Positions 1 to 12,700 of a stretch of DNA of 64,000 nt are shown piece after piece. The notes beneath the pieces are model-generated. The model ran no database searches. It saw only the letters and a program-made list of their open reading frames with translations, and was not told where the DNA came from. This stretch comes from a virus. The DNA lies in IMG/VR virus record IMGVR_UViG_3300047510_001751, positions 126,249 through 190,248 of that record; one strand, given 5' to 3'. A program made the position numbers and the translations under genes. The first letter of the stretch is position 1, and every line of letters starts with the position of its first letter.

Positions 1-3000
1 TCCTTTAGCTAATTCGTTGTTTTGTGTGCTTACATTTGAAGAGCTAGCAACTAAAGCATTTGTTACAGATGATTGAATTTCTTCACTATTAATATTGGCA
101 AGTGATTCAATATTGTAGAAAGATTTATTAGTTCCTGTCCAATTAACAATAAATGAATTGTGTAAACTAGCAAATGATTCTTTTACATCTTCTTTGGCTA
201 AGAAAATTGTATTTAATTTTGTGTTCGTATCGTTTACTAATGGAGCTACAGTTGTGTCATACCATTGATCTATAGTGGGAGAAAGCGACCCCTCTCCAAC
301 ATATTGAATTACAACAAATGGATTTGGATTTAAAGTTTTTGTAGCATTATCATTGCCTAAAAATTTTAAGCTCTTGAATGGAAGAGTGATCACTCCATTA
401 TTATTAACATATCCAGCAACACTTCTTTGATCAGTTCTCGTATTAACTTCAACTAAACCAAAACAATCTTCTTTTGTTTGTGGTCTTAATACAGATTGCT
501 GTGAGTCAATAGCACATCTATAATCAATGGAAGATAGATTGCCTACTTTATGAGCTTCAAAGTTATCTACAATAAAACCGCTCTTAAATCTATCTAAACC
601 AATTTCATCCTTAACTTGCATATTTAATGCTTGCTGCTCAAGGATACTTAAAGTAGTATAATATTCTAGTCTTTCAATTCTTTTCTCAAGCTTTCCAATA
701 TCCTTCATTGTATAACGTCTATTGTTAACAGGGATAATTCTTACATCTTTACTGTTATTTGTGTAAGCAGGAATATGAAGATAGCATAAAGCAATAGCAT
801 CATCAACAGGATCTGGTTTCGATGGATTTAATGAAGAATTGCCTTGTTTTACGATAAAATCACCTTTCTTAGTTAAGAATACACCATCAATACGATCTAA
901 GTACTGAGTTTCTGTAAATGAAACTGTATATTCTAAATTACTATCGGATGCTGGGGTTAAGGAAGTTACACCACCAGATCCAACAAAGTTTACATAATCT
1001 CTTCCGTTTGGATTGGATAAAATTGAAATGTCTTGGAAACCAGTGACGGTAGTTTCACTGTCTACTTTTGGTCTAAAATCAATAGCATCCTTGAGTGAAA
1101 TTACGCCATTAACAGAAGAATTGAATAGTGGAATTTCATCTACAGAAACTCCAGCTTCGTGTAGATAAGAATCTACAGTACAAAAATCTCCTTGTGAATG
1201 TTCAAAATAATCAAACGCAACTACCAATTGTCCAGTTGGGGGATCAAAACCAGGCTTCAATACAATTCTAGAAACATCGTAGAAAGTATCTCTTTGACCA
1301 TCATCAAAAGTAAATTTGTATGTAATGTCAGTACCACTTACTAGGTTGCCATTGGCATCCACATTAGGTGGGTTTGTTGTTGTGCCTTCGTAAATATATC
1401 TTAATTTGTAAGCATCTGAATATGAGAAAGTTTCAATGGTTTCTCCGTCATAATCCTGCCCCCTCAAAGGAATTACTCTATCTCCACTAGAAATCACTAC
1501 AACTCTTTTATTTCTTATAGCAGTTTTTAATCTAGGTCTTGCTTTATCAATTTCGATAGTAGCAGTTAACTTAAGTTTGGGAAATGTGCCACCTAGAGGA
1601 ATATCCCCAAAGTAATTTGTTGGTAAATTAATTACAAAAGCTCCAGCAGAAACTTGATTAGCACTAATTTCCGATTGAATAATACTTACATTATCTGGAG
1701 AAATGTAAACAATATCACCATTATCAACTACAGTAGAAGAACCTCTATCTAAAACAGTTACAATATAATTATTTTCGTTAAAGTTTACAAACCTTTGTGT
1801 TCCTATTGGTAATTGAGCAGTAAATGTTATATTTCCACCACTGGAAGAAAGATCAGTAATAAAATCTTTTCTCACATAATACTTGAATTTTGTATCACTA
1901 GTATCTTTAATTAAAGAACCAACTTGCTTAGAGCCTGTTGGAAATACTAATGTGGAACTATTAGCATTTTGAATGTTTGGTCTTAGTCTAATAATAGAAG
2001 CATTACTAATATCATCTGGAAGAGCATAATCTAGATAAATTCTAGATTTGATAATTCCTTCTGGATCAGTTACGTACTGAACAATATTTCTAATCACATT
2101 GTTATTCACATCGGTGAATTGAATAAGATCACCTTGAACTAAATCCTTGGATAAATTAGCACCAAAACCATTACACTCAATATATTTTCTTCCTCTATAT
2201 CCAAAGAAAGTGAAATCTGTTATTTGAGTATATGTAGAATATTCTGTATTTGAAACGTCAATATCAGCAGTGAATTTGTAATTATTGTATGTCGAAGAAA
2301 ATGATTTAATATTTTGTGGCGTGTAAGTTAAAACAGAATTTTTATTTAAAACTGGAACTACTGTAGCAGCATTTGTTGATATAGATGGTGCTGGGGTTAC
2401 TGTAACTATGGGTGGAGATGAATAAGTTGAGGAAAGTCCATTTCTATCGACGATAGAAACTGAATAAATTGTCCCTCCGTATTCTTTTACTAATACTTTC
2501 GATTGATCAATTTCTTGTCCATTTACAACAATTTTTGAAGTTGATGGATATGAATTTCCTCCATTAGTAACAATAAAGTGAGAAATTGTATTATCTTTAG
2601 CAATTTTAAGTGAGTTACCATCTTCATCAAGAATTGTTTCTCCTGAAACAAATGTACCAGATAATGTGGTTACAAATAATGTATTACCAAAAGTATAATT
2701 TGCTGTTGTATCTGATTCAATAACACCATAAGCACCACTAGTTCTGCCAATGATATATTTGCCTGTAGTAAACCCAGTATCTACTAATGTATCAGTTTTA
2801 ATTTTAGTGAAAAATACAGGATTAAAATAAGAAAAATTAAATGTAGCATCGTAAGGTCTGGTGTTAGAACCAGTCCTTCCCTTGGAAATAATAATATCAG
2901 TATCGTCGTTAAACCCAGATGCTCTTTTTACCAATGAAAAATCCTTTGGTTTGGCAATACCAATAATTGGGGTAATAGTTTCGTTGTAGTCAACAATTAA

Positions 3001-4770
3001 TCCATAAACTGATTGACCTGAATTTGATAATGCTTCTACTTCAGTTAAATATAAAAATCTTTTTTTCGAAGGACTGCCTTCATCATATTCAAGAAAATAA
3101 GAATCTAGTAACGCTTTTTCTCCTACAACAGTAAATTCAATATAAAATTGACCGCTTGATTCGGAAACTTCTGGTCTTCTAACCACCGAATGACCAATAA
3201 CATCAGCATAATCAACAGTTGATGCTAGTCCACCACTTCTGGTTTTAATAAACCAAAGTCTAGTTGGAAAATCAGTTTCCAGAGAGGGAAGTTCTCCTGT
3301 TACTTGTACGTAAATAGTTTTAATAGCATCACTTAAGGTGAAAGGAATAGATCTTCTATTTTTAGTTTGTTTAAAATATAAAGAAGATTCTTCGTTATTT
3401 AAACCAATAGTTCCATCATTAAAAACAGAATTTAATAGAATGTTTGGCGTTGAAGTAATTTCATCGCCAATCGTGTTTAACGGAACAGTGCCATATAAAT
3501 TAGTAATTTTAAATTGAGATAATCCTTTAGTTTTAATAGTTACATTATCTCTAACTATAGTATCTCTAGCTTTGTCAACAGTAATATTTTTAGTTTCTTT
3601 GTTTACAATTTCAAATCCTTTTACGTAAGCTTTTCCAGAACCTACACCAAGAATCATTTTAGCTAAAGCTTCCGAAGGCTCTAGATCATTTACTTTATTA
3701 GTTGTAGAATTTAATTTATAAATTCCATTGTTGTTATCTTTTTGGTAGTATTCTCTTACATCAAAAGCAAAATTATCTACAACATAATCACCAGATTCAT
3801 CATAAGTTCTTCTGGCGAGAGTTTCTTCTAATAATGTATAATCAGCAGGTTTAATTTGCTTTTCAATTACTCCAGAATTAATTTGAAGTAATTGAATAAA
3901 GTTTTTATCCGTTTGAGCTAGATAATCAAATTTTTGTAGCTCTAAATCTATTTTTAATCTATGTGCTCCAGGAGAAGAAAAATTAGAATATCCTCTGGAA
4001 TTATCATACAAAGAGGCATCTTCTTCTGGAGTTACAATAGATTCTTTGATTACAAAACCAACTTTTGCTGATGGTTTATCGTAATATTTGTCAATAATTG
4101 ATATTTGAGTTTTATTTTGTACAAAATATCCATTTACAAAATACACACCCTGGTTTACTTCCACAGCAGAAGCAAAGCCCATAGCAGGGCTTTGTAGACT
4201 AGTTGTTTCTTCTGTGATGGGATTAGTTACAAAAATACTAGTTGGAAGAACACTACCATCTGTTCCTACAACTAGTAAAGGAGTATTTACGCCACCAACA
4301 ACTTCTAGAGTTTCTCCTTGTCTAAAAGTAGTTTCGTTATTGGCGTCACCACTTGTTAAATAATTGACAAAAATTGTATCTGCTTCTGTTTCTGAACCAT
4401 AAGAAGTTTCGATAACAGAAGCAACCACGCCCGAATTAATGCCTCTTAATTCGGAGCCAATTAATTGTTTAATATCATATTTTTTGTATACAATATTGCC
4501 ATTCTCGTTAACAGCAACTTCAGATACAGAAGACAATTTAACATAGTTTAGTTTGTTGTTTAAACCAACTTCACCTGGAATTACTAATTCCCCTTGCTTA
4601 AATTGAAACTTTCCGTAATTCTCAATTTGATTTTGAAGAATAGACTGGAGGGAGGTTAACTCCCTCGTCTGAATTGAATATCCAGGTCTAAAAAGAACTT
4701 TATAAAAATTCTTTGAAGGATCAAAATCGTCATAATATGGCGCTACATTAAGATTTGTCTTCTGTGGCAT
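1..4770 (-). CDS. Large virion structural protein, VrlC/DUF4815-like (truncated at left window edge; absent from ORF track)
   Basis: ATG at 4770 reads MPQKTNLNVAPYYDDFDPSKNFYKVLFRPGYSIQTRELTSLQSILQNQIE, the characteristic N-terminus of this cyanomyovirus family. Follows gp8. Frame continuity to base 1 was not checked codon by codon. Confidence 0.85.
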   Translation of the reverse strand, partial: MPQKTNLNVAPYYDDFDPSKNFYKVLFRPGYSIQTRELTSLQSILQNQIENYGKFQFKQGELVIPGEVGLNNKLNYVKLSSVSEVAVNENGNIVYKKYDIKQLIGSELRGINSGVVASVIETSYGSETEADTIFVNYLTSGDANNETTFRQGETLEVVGGVNTPLLVVGTDGSVLPTSIFVTNPITEETTSLQSPAMGFASAVEVNQGVYFVNGYFVQNKTQISIIDKYYDKPSAKVGFVIKESIVTPEEDASLYDNSRGYSNFSSPGAHRLKIDLELQKFDYLAQTDKNFIQLLQINSGVIEKQIKPADYTLLEETLARRTYDESGDYVVDNFAFDVREYYQKDNNNGIYKLNSTTNKVNDLEPSEALAKMILGVGSGKAYVKGFEIVNKETKNITVDKARDTIVRDNVTIKTKGLSQFKITNLYGTVPLNTIGDEITSTPNILLNSVFNDGTIGLNNEESSLYFKQTKNRRSIPFTLSDAIKTIYVQVTGELPSLETDFPTRLWFIKTRSGGLASTVDYADVIGHSVVRRPEVSESSGQFYIEFTVVGEKALLDSYFLEYDEGSPSKKRFLYLTEVEALSNSGQSVYGLIVDYNETITPIIGIAKPKDFSLVKRASGFNDDTDIIISKGRTGSNTRPYDATFNFSYFNPVFFTKIKTDTLVDTGFTTGKYIIGRTSGAYGVIESDTTANYTFGNTLFVTTLSGTFVSGETILDEDGNSLKIAKDNTISHFIVTNGGNSYPSTSKIVVNGQEIDQSKVLVKEYGGTIYSVSIVDRNGLSSTYSSPPIVTVTPAPSISTNAATVVPVLNKNSVLTYTPQNIKSFSSTYNNYKFTADIDVSNTEYSTYTQITDFTFFGYRGRKYIECNGFGANLSKDLVQGDLIQFTDVNNNVIRNIVQYVTDPEGIIKSRIYLDYALPDDISNASIIRLRPNIQNANSSTLVFPTGSKQVGSLIKDTSDTKFKYYVRKDFITDLSSSGGNITFTAQLPIGTQRFVNFNENNYIVTVLDRGSSTVVDNGDIVYISPDNVSIIQSEISANQVSAGAFVINLPTNYFGDIPLGGTFPKLKLTATIEIDKARPRLKTAIRNKRVVVISSGDRVIPLRGQDYDGETIETFSYSDAYKLRYIYEGTTTNPPNVDANGNLVSGTDITYKFTFDDGQRDTFYDVSRIVLKPGFDPPTGQLVVAFDYFEHSQGDFCTVDSYLHEAGVSVDEIPLFNSSVNGVISLKDAIDFRPKVDSETTVTGFQDISILSNPNGRDYVNFVGSGGVTSLTPASDSNLEYTVSFTETQYLDRIDGVFLTKKGDFIVKQGNSSLNPSKPDPVDDAIALCYLHIPAYTNNSKDVRIIPVNNRRYTMKDIGKLEKRIERLEYYTTLSILEQQALNMQVKDEIGLDRFKSGFIVDNFEAHKVGNLSSIDYRCAIDSQQSVLRPQTKEDCFGLVEVNTRTDQRSVAGYVNNNGVITLPFKSLKFLGNDNATKTLNPNPFVVIQYVGEGSLSPTIDQWYDTTVAPLVNDTNTKLNTIFLAKEDVKESFASLHNSFIVNWTGTNKSFYNIESLANINSEEIQSSVTNALVASSSNVSTQNNELAKG

Positions 4771-4829
4771 TTTACCCCGACATTATACTAGTATCTCGTA
4801 GTATTATTTAGAAGGGTAAAATGTATAAA

Positions 4830-6659
4830 TCAGAACTCAATAACTAGCTTGATATCTTCGATTTGGTCAGGGGCTCTTGTGATGAGTCTTCTGTTTTCTA
4901 CGTAGATAATTTCGCCAGAATTGTTTTCGATTTCTGGAGTAGCAACACCAGAAGCAAAAGTTACACCAGCAAGAACAGCATTGTTAGCTGTATCTACATT
5001 ACCAGAAGATAGAGAAGAAACACCAGTTACAGCATTAGCACCATTTGATTCAAATGCTCTTACTACTCCATTATCGGTATGTAAATCAGGGGATTGGATA
5101 TACTTAAGAACACCTGATGTGGTGCTTCCAGAATCCAATGTCCAAGAAACTACAGTACCAAAAGCAGTGCCACCAGTAACAGTCTGTGAAATAACTTCGT
5201 CAGATTGATAATCAGCCGTAGCCCCAGTAATTTTAAGAGCACGTACACCACTCAGAGTCGAAGTGGTAGCAAAAGTAGTAGTACCAAAAGCATATGGATC
5301 CTTGATAATACCAATTCTACGGAAGTCGTTATCTACAGGGAAATCGCCATTTCCTTCGGCATAAGTCAAACGAATGTTTGTCATTACACGCTTTCCGTTA
5401 AGCTCCATTTCCATGTCAGAACCATGACCACCCTGAGGTGAAATGATAGGCTCTAGAGCGCCAGTAGCAGTGCCACCAACGCTCACAGAAGCTGTTAAAG
5501 CACTATCGCTGAATAATCCATAAGCAGTAGCTCCAGAACCAGTACCAGTTTTTAAAGGAACTGAAGCATAAGTATATCCAGTGCCAGCATCAACTACTGA
5601 TACGCTAGTTACAGCACCGCCACTAACTACTAATGTAACTTTACCACCAGAACCATCGCCAATAATAGGAGCAAAGTGTGTTCCAGTTGGGAGGTTAGCT
5701 CCAGCATTTTCAATTAGAGCAACATGTACAGCACCATTTACGGCACCAGCTTCTACAGCAACTCTAGAAGGCTCTGTAGGAGCTACGATAGGCATAAAGT
5801 CAGTTGATAGGAAACGTAGTACGTCATCAGTTGGGATGGTGTACATGTACTTCCAAACATAGCCAGCGGTTCCCGCCTCTTCGGTGAATAAACCACCACT
5901 ATAAGTGCCTTGGCCAGCTGAAGGAGTTGTTTTTGGTTCGTTTGTAGCGTTTTGGCCAGTTGTGTTTGCTGGAGTTTCACCATTATATAAACACTTAAAT
6001 ACTTCGTAATTTGAGTTAATTACATAGAACTTAGCATCAGCAATAGAAGTAGCACCAGTAGCTGAAGCCTTACCAATTAGACCACCACTACCTGGGGTAG
6101 CAGAATAGTCAGGTTTCCACATGTCAAACTTAGGATTGGCAACCAAATCCCAGTTATAACGTCTAATTACAGTTCTAGCAAATTCCGAAGTAACTCTTTT
6201 AGCAGCAATAATGTCATCATAGACATCATACTTTTCTTTTTGGTTGTCTAGTGGTACTGGGGGAACATCTTCCGTAGCGTAACGATATACCCCAGTTAAA
6301 GCTTGGGCACCAGTATCAGCAACACCATTCCAACCTTTTAGTGTAGAACCTACAGCAGGAGCAGAGCTAACGGTAGGTCCAATGCTATAAAGTAAAAGGC
6401 TATTTTCGTATACTTTTCTTACAACTGCTTTGAATGTGGCAGCGCCATAAGAAGAGCCAACATAAACCTCATCGCCATCAACAAAAGCGGTGGCATTTTT
6501 GTTATAAACTTCTAGGTAAGCATCCCAACGCTGAGGACGACCTACAAAAAAATACATTCTAGTTCTTTCGGCGCTGGTGTCTGTACTGCCTTCCGAAAGA
6601 GATTCTAGAAACTGTTTAGCATTAAAAATTCTAAACTTATCTGAAATAATAGCAGCCAT
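4830..6659 (-). CDS. gp8: Baseplate wedge subunit gp8
   Basis: MAAIISDKFRIFNAKQF start, KVFKCLYNG-like and GYVWKYMYTI motifs, C-terminal GEIIYVENR...DQIEDIKLVIEF; position after gp7. Confidence 0.9.
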   Translation of the reverse strand: MAAIISDKFRIFNAKQFLESLSEGSTDTSAERTRMYFFVGRPQRWDAYLEVYNKNATAFVDGDEVYVGSSYGAATFKAVVRKVYENSLLLYSIGPTVSSAPAVGSTLKGWNGVADTGAQALTGVYRYATEDVPPVPLDNQKEKYDVYDDIIAAKRVTSEFARTVIRRYNWDLVANPKFDMWKPDYSATPGSGGLIGKASATGATSIADAKFYVINSNYEVFKCLYNGETPANTTGQNATNEPKTTPSAGQGTYSGGLFTEEAGTAGYVWKYMYTIPTDDVLRFLSTDFMPIVAPTEPSRVAVEAGAVNGAVHVALIENAGANLPTGTHFAPIIGDGSGGKVTLVVSGGAVTSVSVVDAGTGYTYASVPLKTGTGSGATAYGLFSDSALTASVSVGGTATGALEPIISPQGGHGSDMEMELNGKRVMTNIRLTYAEGNGDFPVDNDFRRIGIIKDPYAFGTTTFATTSTLSGVRALKITGATADYQSDEVISQTVTGGTAFGTVVSWTLDSGSTTSGVLKYIQSPDLHTDNGVVRAFESNGANAVTGVSSLSSGNVDTANNAVLAGVTFASGVATPEIENNSGEIIYVENRRLITRAPDQIEDIKLVIEF

Positions 6660-6708
6660 TGAAGAATCTCTCTATTGAAATTATTTGTCTGATTTATTTA
6701 TATTTATA

Positions 6709-9700
6709 TCAAACCGAGTAAGGAATGACATCATTTCCTGAATCTATAACATTAGATCCAGATATTACTGTACAACCAGTAAAGGATGTTGAAGTTTTTC
6801 CTGTATAGGAAATAACAGTGTATTGAGTAGAAGAACCTTGGAATAATCGGCCATTTGTCGGGAACTTAGAAGTATTGCCAACTACAGTTAAAATATTTGT
6901 TACTGAAAGATCAGTTGAAACAGATAATACAACTGGATTTTGAATTGTTGGTATTGCTAAATTAAAACGATCTCCAGATAAAGTAATTGCTGAATTTTCT
7001 CTTTCTATAAAATCATTTATAGTAACTAATGGATACATCATTGAAAGTTCTTCAATTGTATTGGCAGTAGATAGCAAACCAGTGTCAACAAATCTATTTC
7101 CTTCGTATGTTCCAAAATTAAATCCAGCATTTATTGAATAATATGAAGTATAAAATTCATCAATTATAATAGCTTTATTTTGTACTTCTACTATTCCGCT
7201 GTTTCTGGTCAATACTTCATTTATAGGATCTTCTAAAATTACTTCTCCTGTTCTTGTAAGAATAACATTATCTAATATAATTGATTCCAAATAATAATCT
7301 AAAGTTCCTGTTTTATAGAACCTAGTTACATCAGCATTTTTAGCTAACTTAGAAGATAATAGATTTGATAATGTGTATACAGTTAATGGAACGTCTAATT
7401 CAGTTGTAATTGTATTAGACGATTGAATATATGTATTATCAGCATATAAATTATGATTTAATTTTATTTCCCTAGAAATAGGATCAGATAAAATAGTAGT
7501 TAATGTAGATACTACAGATAAAGCATTTGCTGCTAATATAGTAATATTAGTTGATTCCACTAAATTAGTGTTATCTAAACCAATATTAACAAAGTTTGTA
7601 ATTAATCTATCGCTAGTTACTAAAGAAGTGCTAAGTACACTAGATACAGAGCTAAAGGTATAATCAACTTCTGTTGTAATTGTGGAAGAAGTAATTATAT
7701 CTAATTCTAAGTTAATCGATTGTACTGTTGTAATTTCTTTGTCTGTCTCACCAGACATTTGAACATTAACAGCATTCGATACATTTAATACTCCTGCTTC
7801 AGCAAGTGTAGAAACATAACTTTGAGTCGAGTAAATATTTGTGACAATATTATATGATGTTGGGGGAATTATAATTATTTCCTTAATAACATCAATTTCT
7901 TTTACATTAGGTATTTCAAAGTTATGTTGAGTATTAATTTCTCTCGAAACATCCTCTACTACATTTACTTCAGCAATTAATGAAATTGATTGTATTAATA
8001 CAGTAGGTTGTGGAATGACCGTAGAAGTAACTTCGGTAGTAAATATAGTTGTAGGTCCAACAGGAACTATAGAAATTAGTTCTGGTAAATGTCTCAAATA
8101 ATCACCAGCTTGGTGAGTTATTGCTGTTGTTCCAGCAGCTCCTCTCTCCACTCCAAGAAAACGATCAGAAAGCTTTTTAGCATATCTAACAATTTCCTTG
8201 CCGATAAGAAGCCTACTAGCATCAGGGAATCTTCTGGTATCAGGAATATAAACAATAGTATCTGTTAAAGATAATGGGGCGTCTAAGAAAGCACCAATAT
8301 CATTTGTAGCATCGGAAGGAATTTCAATAATAGCATTATTTAAAATTTTATTAATGTTTAAAGTAATTTCTTTATCAATAGAAGATATTGTGGAAGAAGA
8401 AACAATATCTGCTGGAATATCAATAATAGAAGTAATTTCTCTTGATACTGTATATTGAAGAGCCTCAGCAATCAAAGTTTTCGAATCAATTAAAATTTCT
8501 GTATCAAATTTTTTCTGAGCAGTTGCCAAAATTTTTGGCTTTGGTGTTATAATTTGAGTAACAAATCTTTGTAATTCTTGATTATCTACTAACCCACTGA
8601 GAGTAATAAGAGAAAAGACTCCGATTGCTGCTGGACCATCACCAGAAATAGTTATAGTAGAAATTGTACTATACTCAGTTGTAATAGTTACACTAGAAGA
8701 AATGTTTAGTACAGTTGATGAATCAATTTTTCTACCAAATTGTTTAATTCTATTATATCCTCTAGCTACAACAACCTTGGGCGGTTGAGTATACCCAGAA
8801 CCCCCATCAATTAATACAATATCAAGTATTTGGCCCCCGTAAGCTATTACCTCGGCCTTAGCTCCTCCGCCATTTCCGTCAACTGGAATAAAGTAAACTT
8901 TTGGTGTTGTGTAATATTGATACGCTGTTGGTTGTAATAAAACACCCTTCTCAAAATAAAGTTGTAAATCTCTCTTATTATATTCAATATCTGAAACATT
9001 CAAGGAACTAATTGAGCCATCTTCAAAATCTACATTAGCAGTAATACTTAATCCTTCGCCCCTTGTAATGCCTTCATAATTTGTAGACCTTACTTTAGTA
9101 TAAATCTGATTTGAAATATATTCTGACGGATTGTAATTTCGTGTGTTAACAAAATTAGGCAAAGATACTATTTCACGGTAATCAAATTCTCCATCAATTT
9201 GAATTTTATCTCCAGGATATAAATTAGCATTTAATACATTTTTTTCCAACCAAGCATCATCGCCTAATTTAGTATCAAACAACCAAGCTGGAATATTTCT
9301 TTTTAATATTCTAGTTCCTTCAGAATCAACTTCGTAACTATACTCAATAGAATCTACATTGTTTAATGGATACTCTTTATATTGTGTAGTTACTTGGGGA
9401 ACAAAAACTGGATCACTTGACAATACATTAATTTCTCCATAATAAGGACCAAAAACATCGACATAATAATATTTTTGTATATTTGTGGATGCCGATAATT
9501 CCCAAGTAATAATATTGTTAAAAGATCCATTATTTTGAACAGGATCGACCTCATAGTTTTGGTTGTAATATGTTCCTGTGTAATCAGTAACAAAAATTCT
9601 TCCAAAAACAGAAGGATTTGAATCTAATTGATAATAATATAAAGATGTAGTATCGTTTGGAACAATCCAAGAAATTGTTCCTGTAGATTCTCCATTATTG

Positions 9701-12700
9701 GTAATATTTTCTGTTACAGCGATTTTATTTCCAAATCCATCGTCTTTAACAATAGATACAGAACTTGGAGAAGTGATATTTAAATCTAATGTATTATAGG
9801 CAGCAATAAAAATAATTGGATTTGGATCTGTAGGTCTTCCTACATCAATAAATGAAGTTCCATTATATGAAATATTATATGGGGTAGTCTCAATATTTTG
9901 TGGTTCTAACCTATCTAAAATATAGAAAGGTCTTCCATCAGAATTTACATTAAATGATACTGTGTTTCCTTGTCTAAGTGTTATTGTAGAAGAAGCCAAA
10001 TTTTGTGTTGGATTTGCTGGATTGGTGACAACCCAATCATTTACATCGACAGGAAAAGCAACATCATAATTATAACTAGCTGTATCTAATTGTTCAACTA
10101 AAATAACAGATTCTGTAAATTCTTCGGTGTTTATAATTTTTAAATCAGGATCCGACAAATCTATAGTATCAGATAAATTATGATTTATCAAATATACAAT
10201 AATTTCGTCATTTGATATTTTATTATATCCTCGTATATAACCTAATGTATTTTCTCCTTCATTTAAAATAATTTTATCGGTAGATAAAAATGTATATAAA
10301 TCACTAAACGTCTGATAAACGTTATTGCCAACAATCGTTAGATTAATTGAATTATAGTAAGTATCTGGCTCAAAATCATAGAACGTTAATGTTTTTGGAA
10401 GATCTCTTCCATAAGCCAATATAATAGAAACTTGTTGATAAATTATTTCGCCAGATTCAGAAATATATTTTTGAAGAGGATTTGTGAATGTAATATTAGG
10501 TCCTACAATTTGATAGGCATCTCCCTCTCTTTGTAAAACACCATCAATAATAACAAAAGCATATAGTGGCTCATCAATTTTCTTTACTCGATTTTCTATT
10601 TCATCTAAAATTAAGTATGGACCACCACCTCTAAATTCAATCAGTTTATTTTCAATCGTAAATCTTTCGTAATTGCCAATTGTGTAAATAAAACACTTTT
10701 CATTTCCTTTTAGTTCAGAGGGAACATCGTTAACATATGGATCTTCTTGATCTATAGGAGCGGAAGAAAAAACAATCTTATCTGTTACATTAAGATCTTC
10801 TGATCTTAAAATATAATATGAATTGCCAAACTGAGTGTCTGCCGAAGACTTAGCATTTTGAATAACACCATTAAGAGTTACAATTAAATTTTCATTTTGT
10901 TCGGTTTTGACGATATTATTATCTTCATAATATAAATCAAATTCTTTCTTGATACCATCAAATTGATTAGCTATTGATTTAATTTTTTTAAAATAGCGAG
11001 AATTTAAAGAACTATTTTTGAATTTAATTGCTCTTCCGTAAAATCTTTGAGCAGCAACTTCCTGCCCCTCAACAACTCTAGTTCCAAATGGAGGTTGAGA
11101 AAATTCAATATTAGTACCAGAAATAGTATATGATTTTCCTGGCTCTTGTAAGACCCCATCCAGAGTTACAATCAATTGCTGAGAATTGTTTAAAAATAAT
11201 GGTAAACCATTTTTAGCATCAATTAATGTAAATTGTGTAGTTCCCACAACTTTGCCAGTATTGGGATCAAAATCTCCGTTAAATTCTGGAGATAATGTTA
11301 CTTCGTAAGCTAATGTTTCAGATGAATCAAAAGTATCTACTGAAACAGCACCCAATCCTCTTTCTACAAGTAAAGACTCGTATTTTATGTAAGAAGTAGT
11401 AATATATTTTTTAGTTTCGATTACTGTAATATTAATTGGACCAAGACTGATAGAACTATACGTTTCTATAGTTTTTTGTTCGGATGGCATCGTTATTGAG
11501 CTATCCGTTTCAATTAATACTTCACCAAATAATTGGAAACCAGCTGGGTGAGTAGTTTCTTTAATTAAATCTTTCCATATTTGAATTGGAGTTTTAGATT
11601 TAATTACATAAGAATAATCTTGATAAAAATAAGAATCTAATAATTTTTGTGAGTTAGCTCCAATTTTTCCTTTATCAGAAGAATAAAATCCTAGATTATC
11701 GTAATACGATCTGATATCAGAATTAAATTCTGTAGAAATTTGAGCAACTAATGTAGCAGTTCTATTATTATCTTTTCCTACAATAGTATAATTATCTTCA
11801 AATATACCCTCAATGTTCTCTACTTTTAGGAGATTGCTACCTGCTCTCCAACCATTTTTTGATACTTTTGCTTTTGCTCCTGTAAATGGTTGAACAATAA
11901 ATTCTCCAGGGTAAAAATCATAATCATTAAAATCTTTTAATAGAAATGTTGTAGTTGATTTATATAATGGCGTGGTTGTTTTATCAGCATTAAAATAATA
12001 TCCATTATTTACAATTGTGATATTTTGAGGTACGCCAATGTTGTCAGATTCTAAAAAGACATTCAAATCAGATTCAACTATTTTTACTGAAGGTTTTTGA
12101 TCAAATTTGCCTCCATTTAAAACAATAATTGAAGTTATTTTGCCACCTTCTTGAATACATTTAAAGTTGTATTCAGAAGATGAATTAGTAATAATTGCTT
12201 TTGGTTTTGAATAATTTATTCCAGGTTCAATAATATTAAAACCAACAACAGTATTGTTTAAGGTATCGTAAATGGGATCTACGATACACTCGTATACAGA
12301 GGAAGGAAGAATACCATCAATAGTTGGTATTCTTTTATAATTTTGTCCAGTGTTGGTAATTTTTATGCTATTGATTTTTCCAATAGCAAAAGGAGATGTG
12401 GTTGTATATGTAATTTGTCCTGAACCATCATATTCTGGTGTAGATGATAGAGTATAAACAATTTTATTATTAGTTACATAACTTACTGATTTTTCTCCAA
12501 TTAAAGGATCATCTACAATTTTTAAAAATGAATTATTGGTATTAACGTCGGGAGATACTTTGATGAAATAAAAATAATTACTAAAATTAATTCTTTTTCT
12601 TTCTGTAAAACTATTATTAGATATATTTGGACCAAATCCTAATTTTATAGTTACAAAAGACCCAGGATTTCCTGGGGAAATAGTACTTACAAATTTTTCT

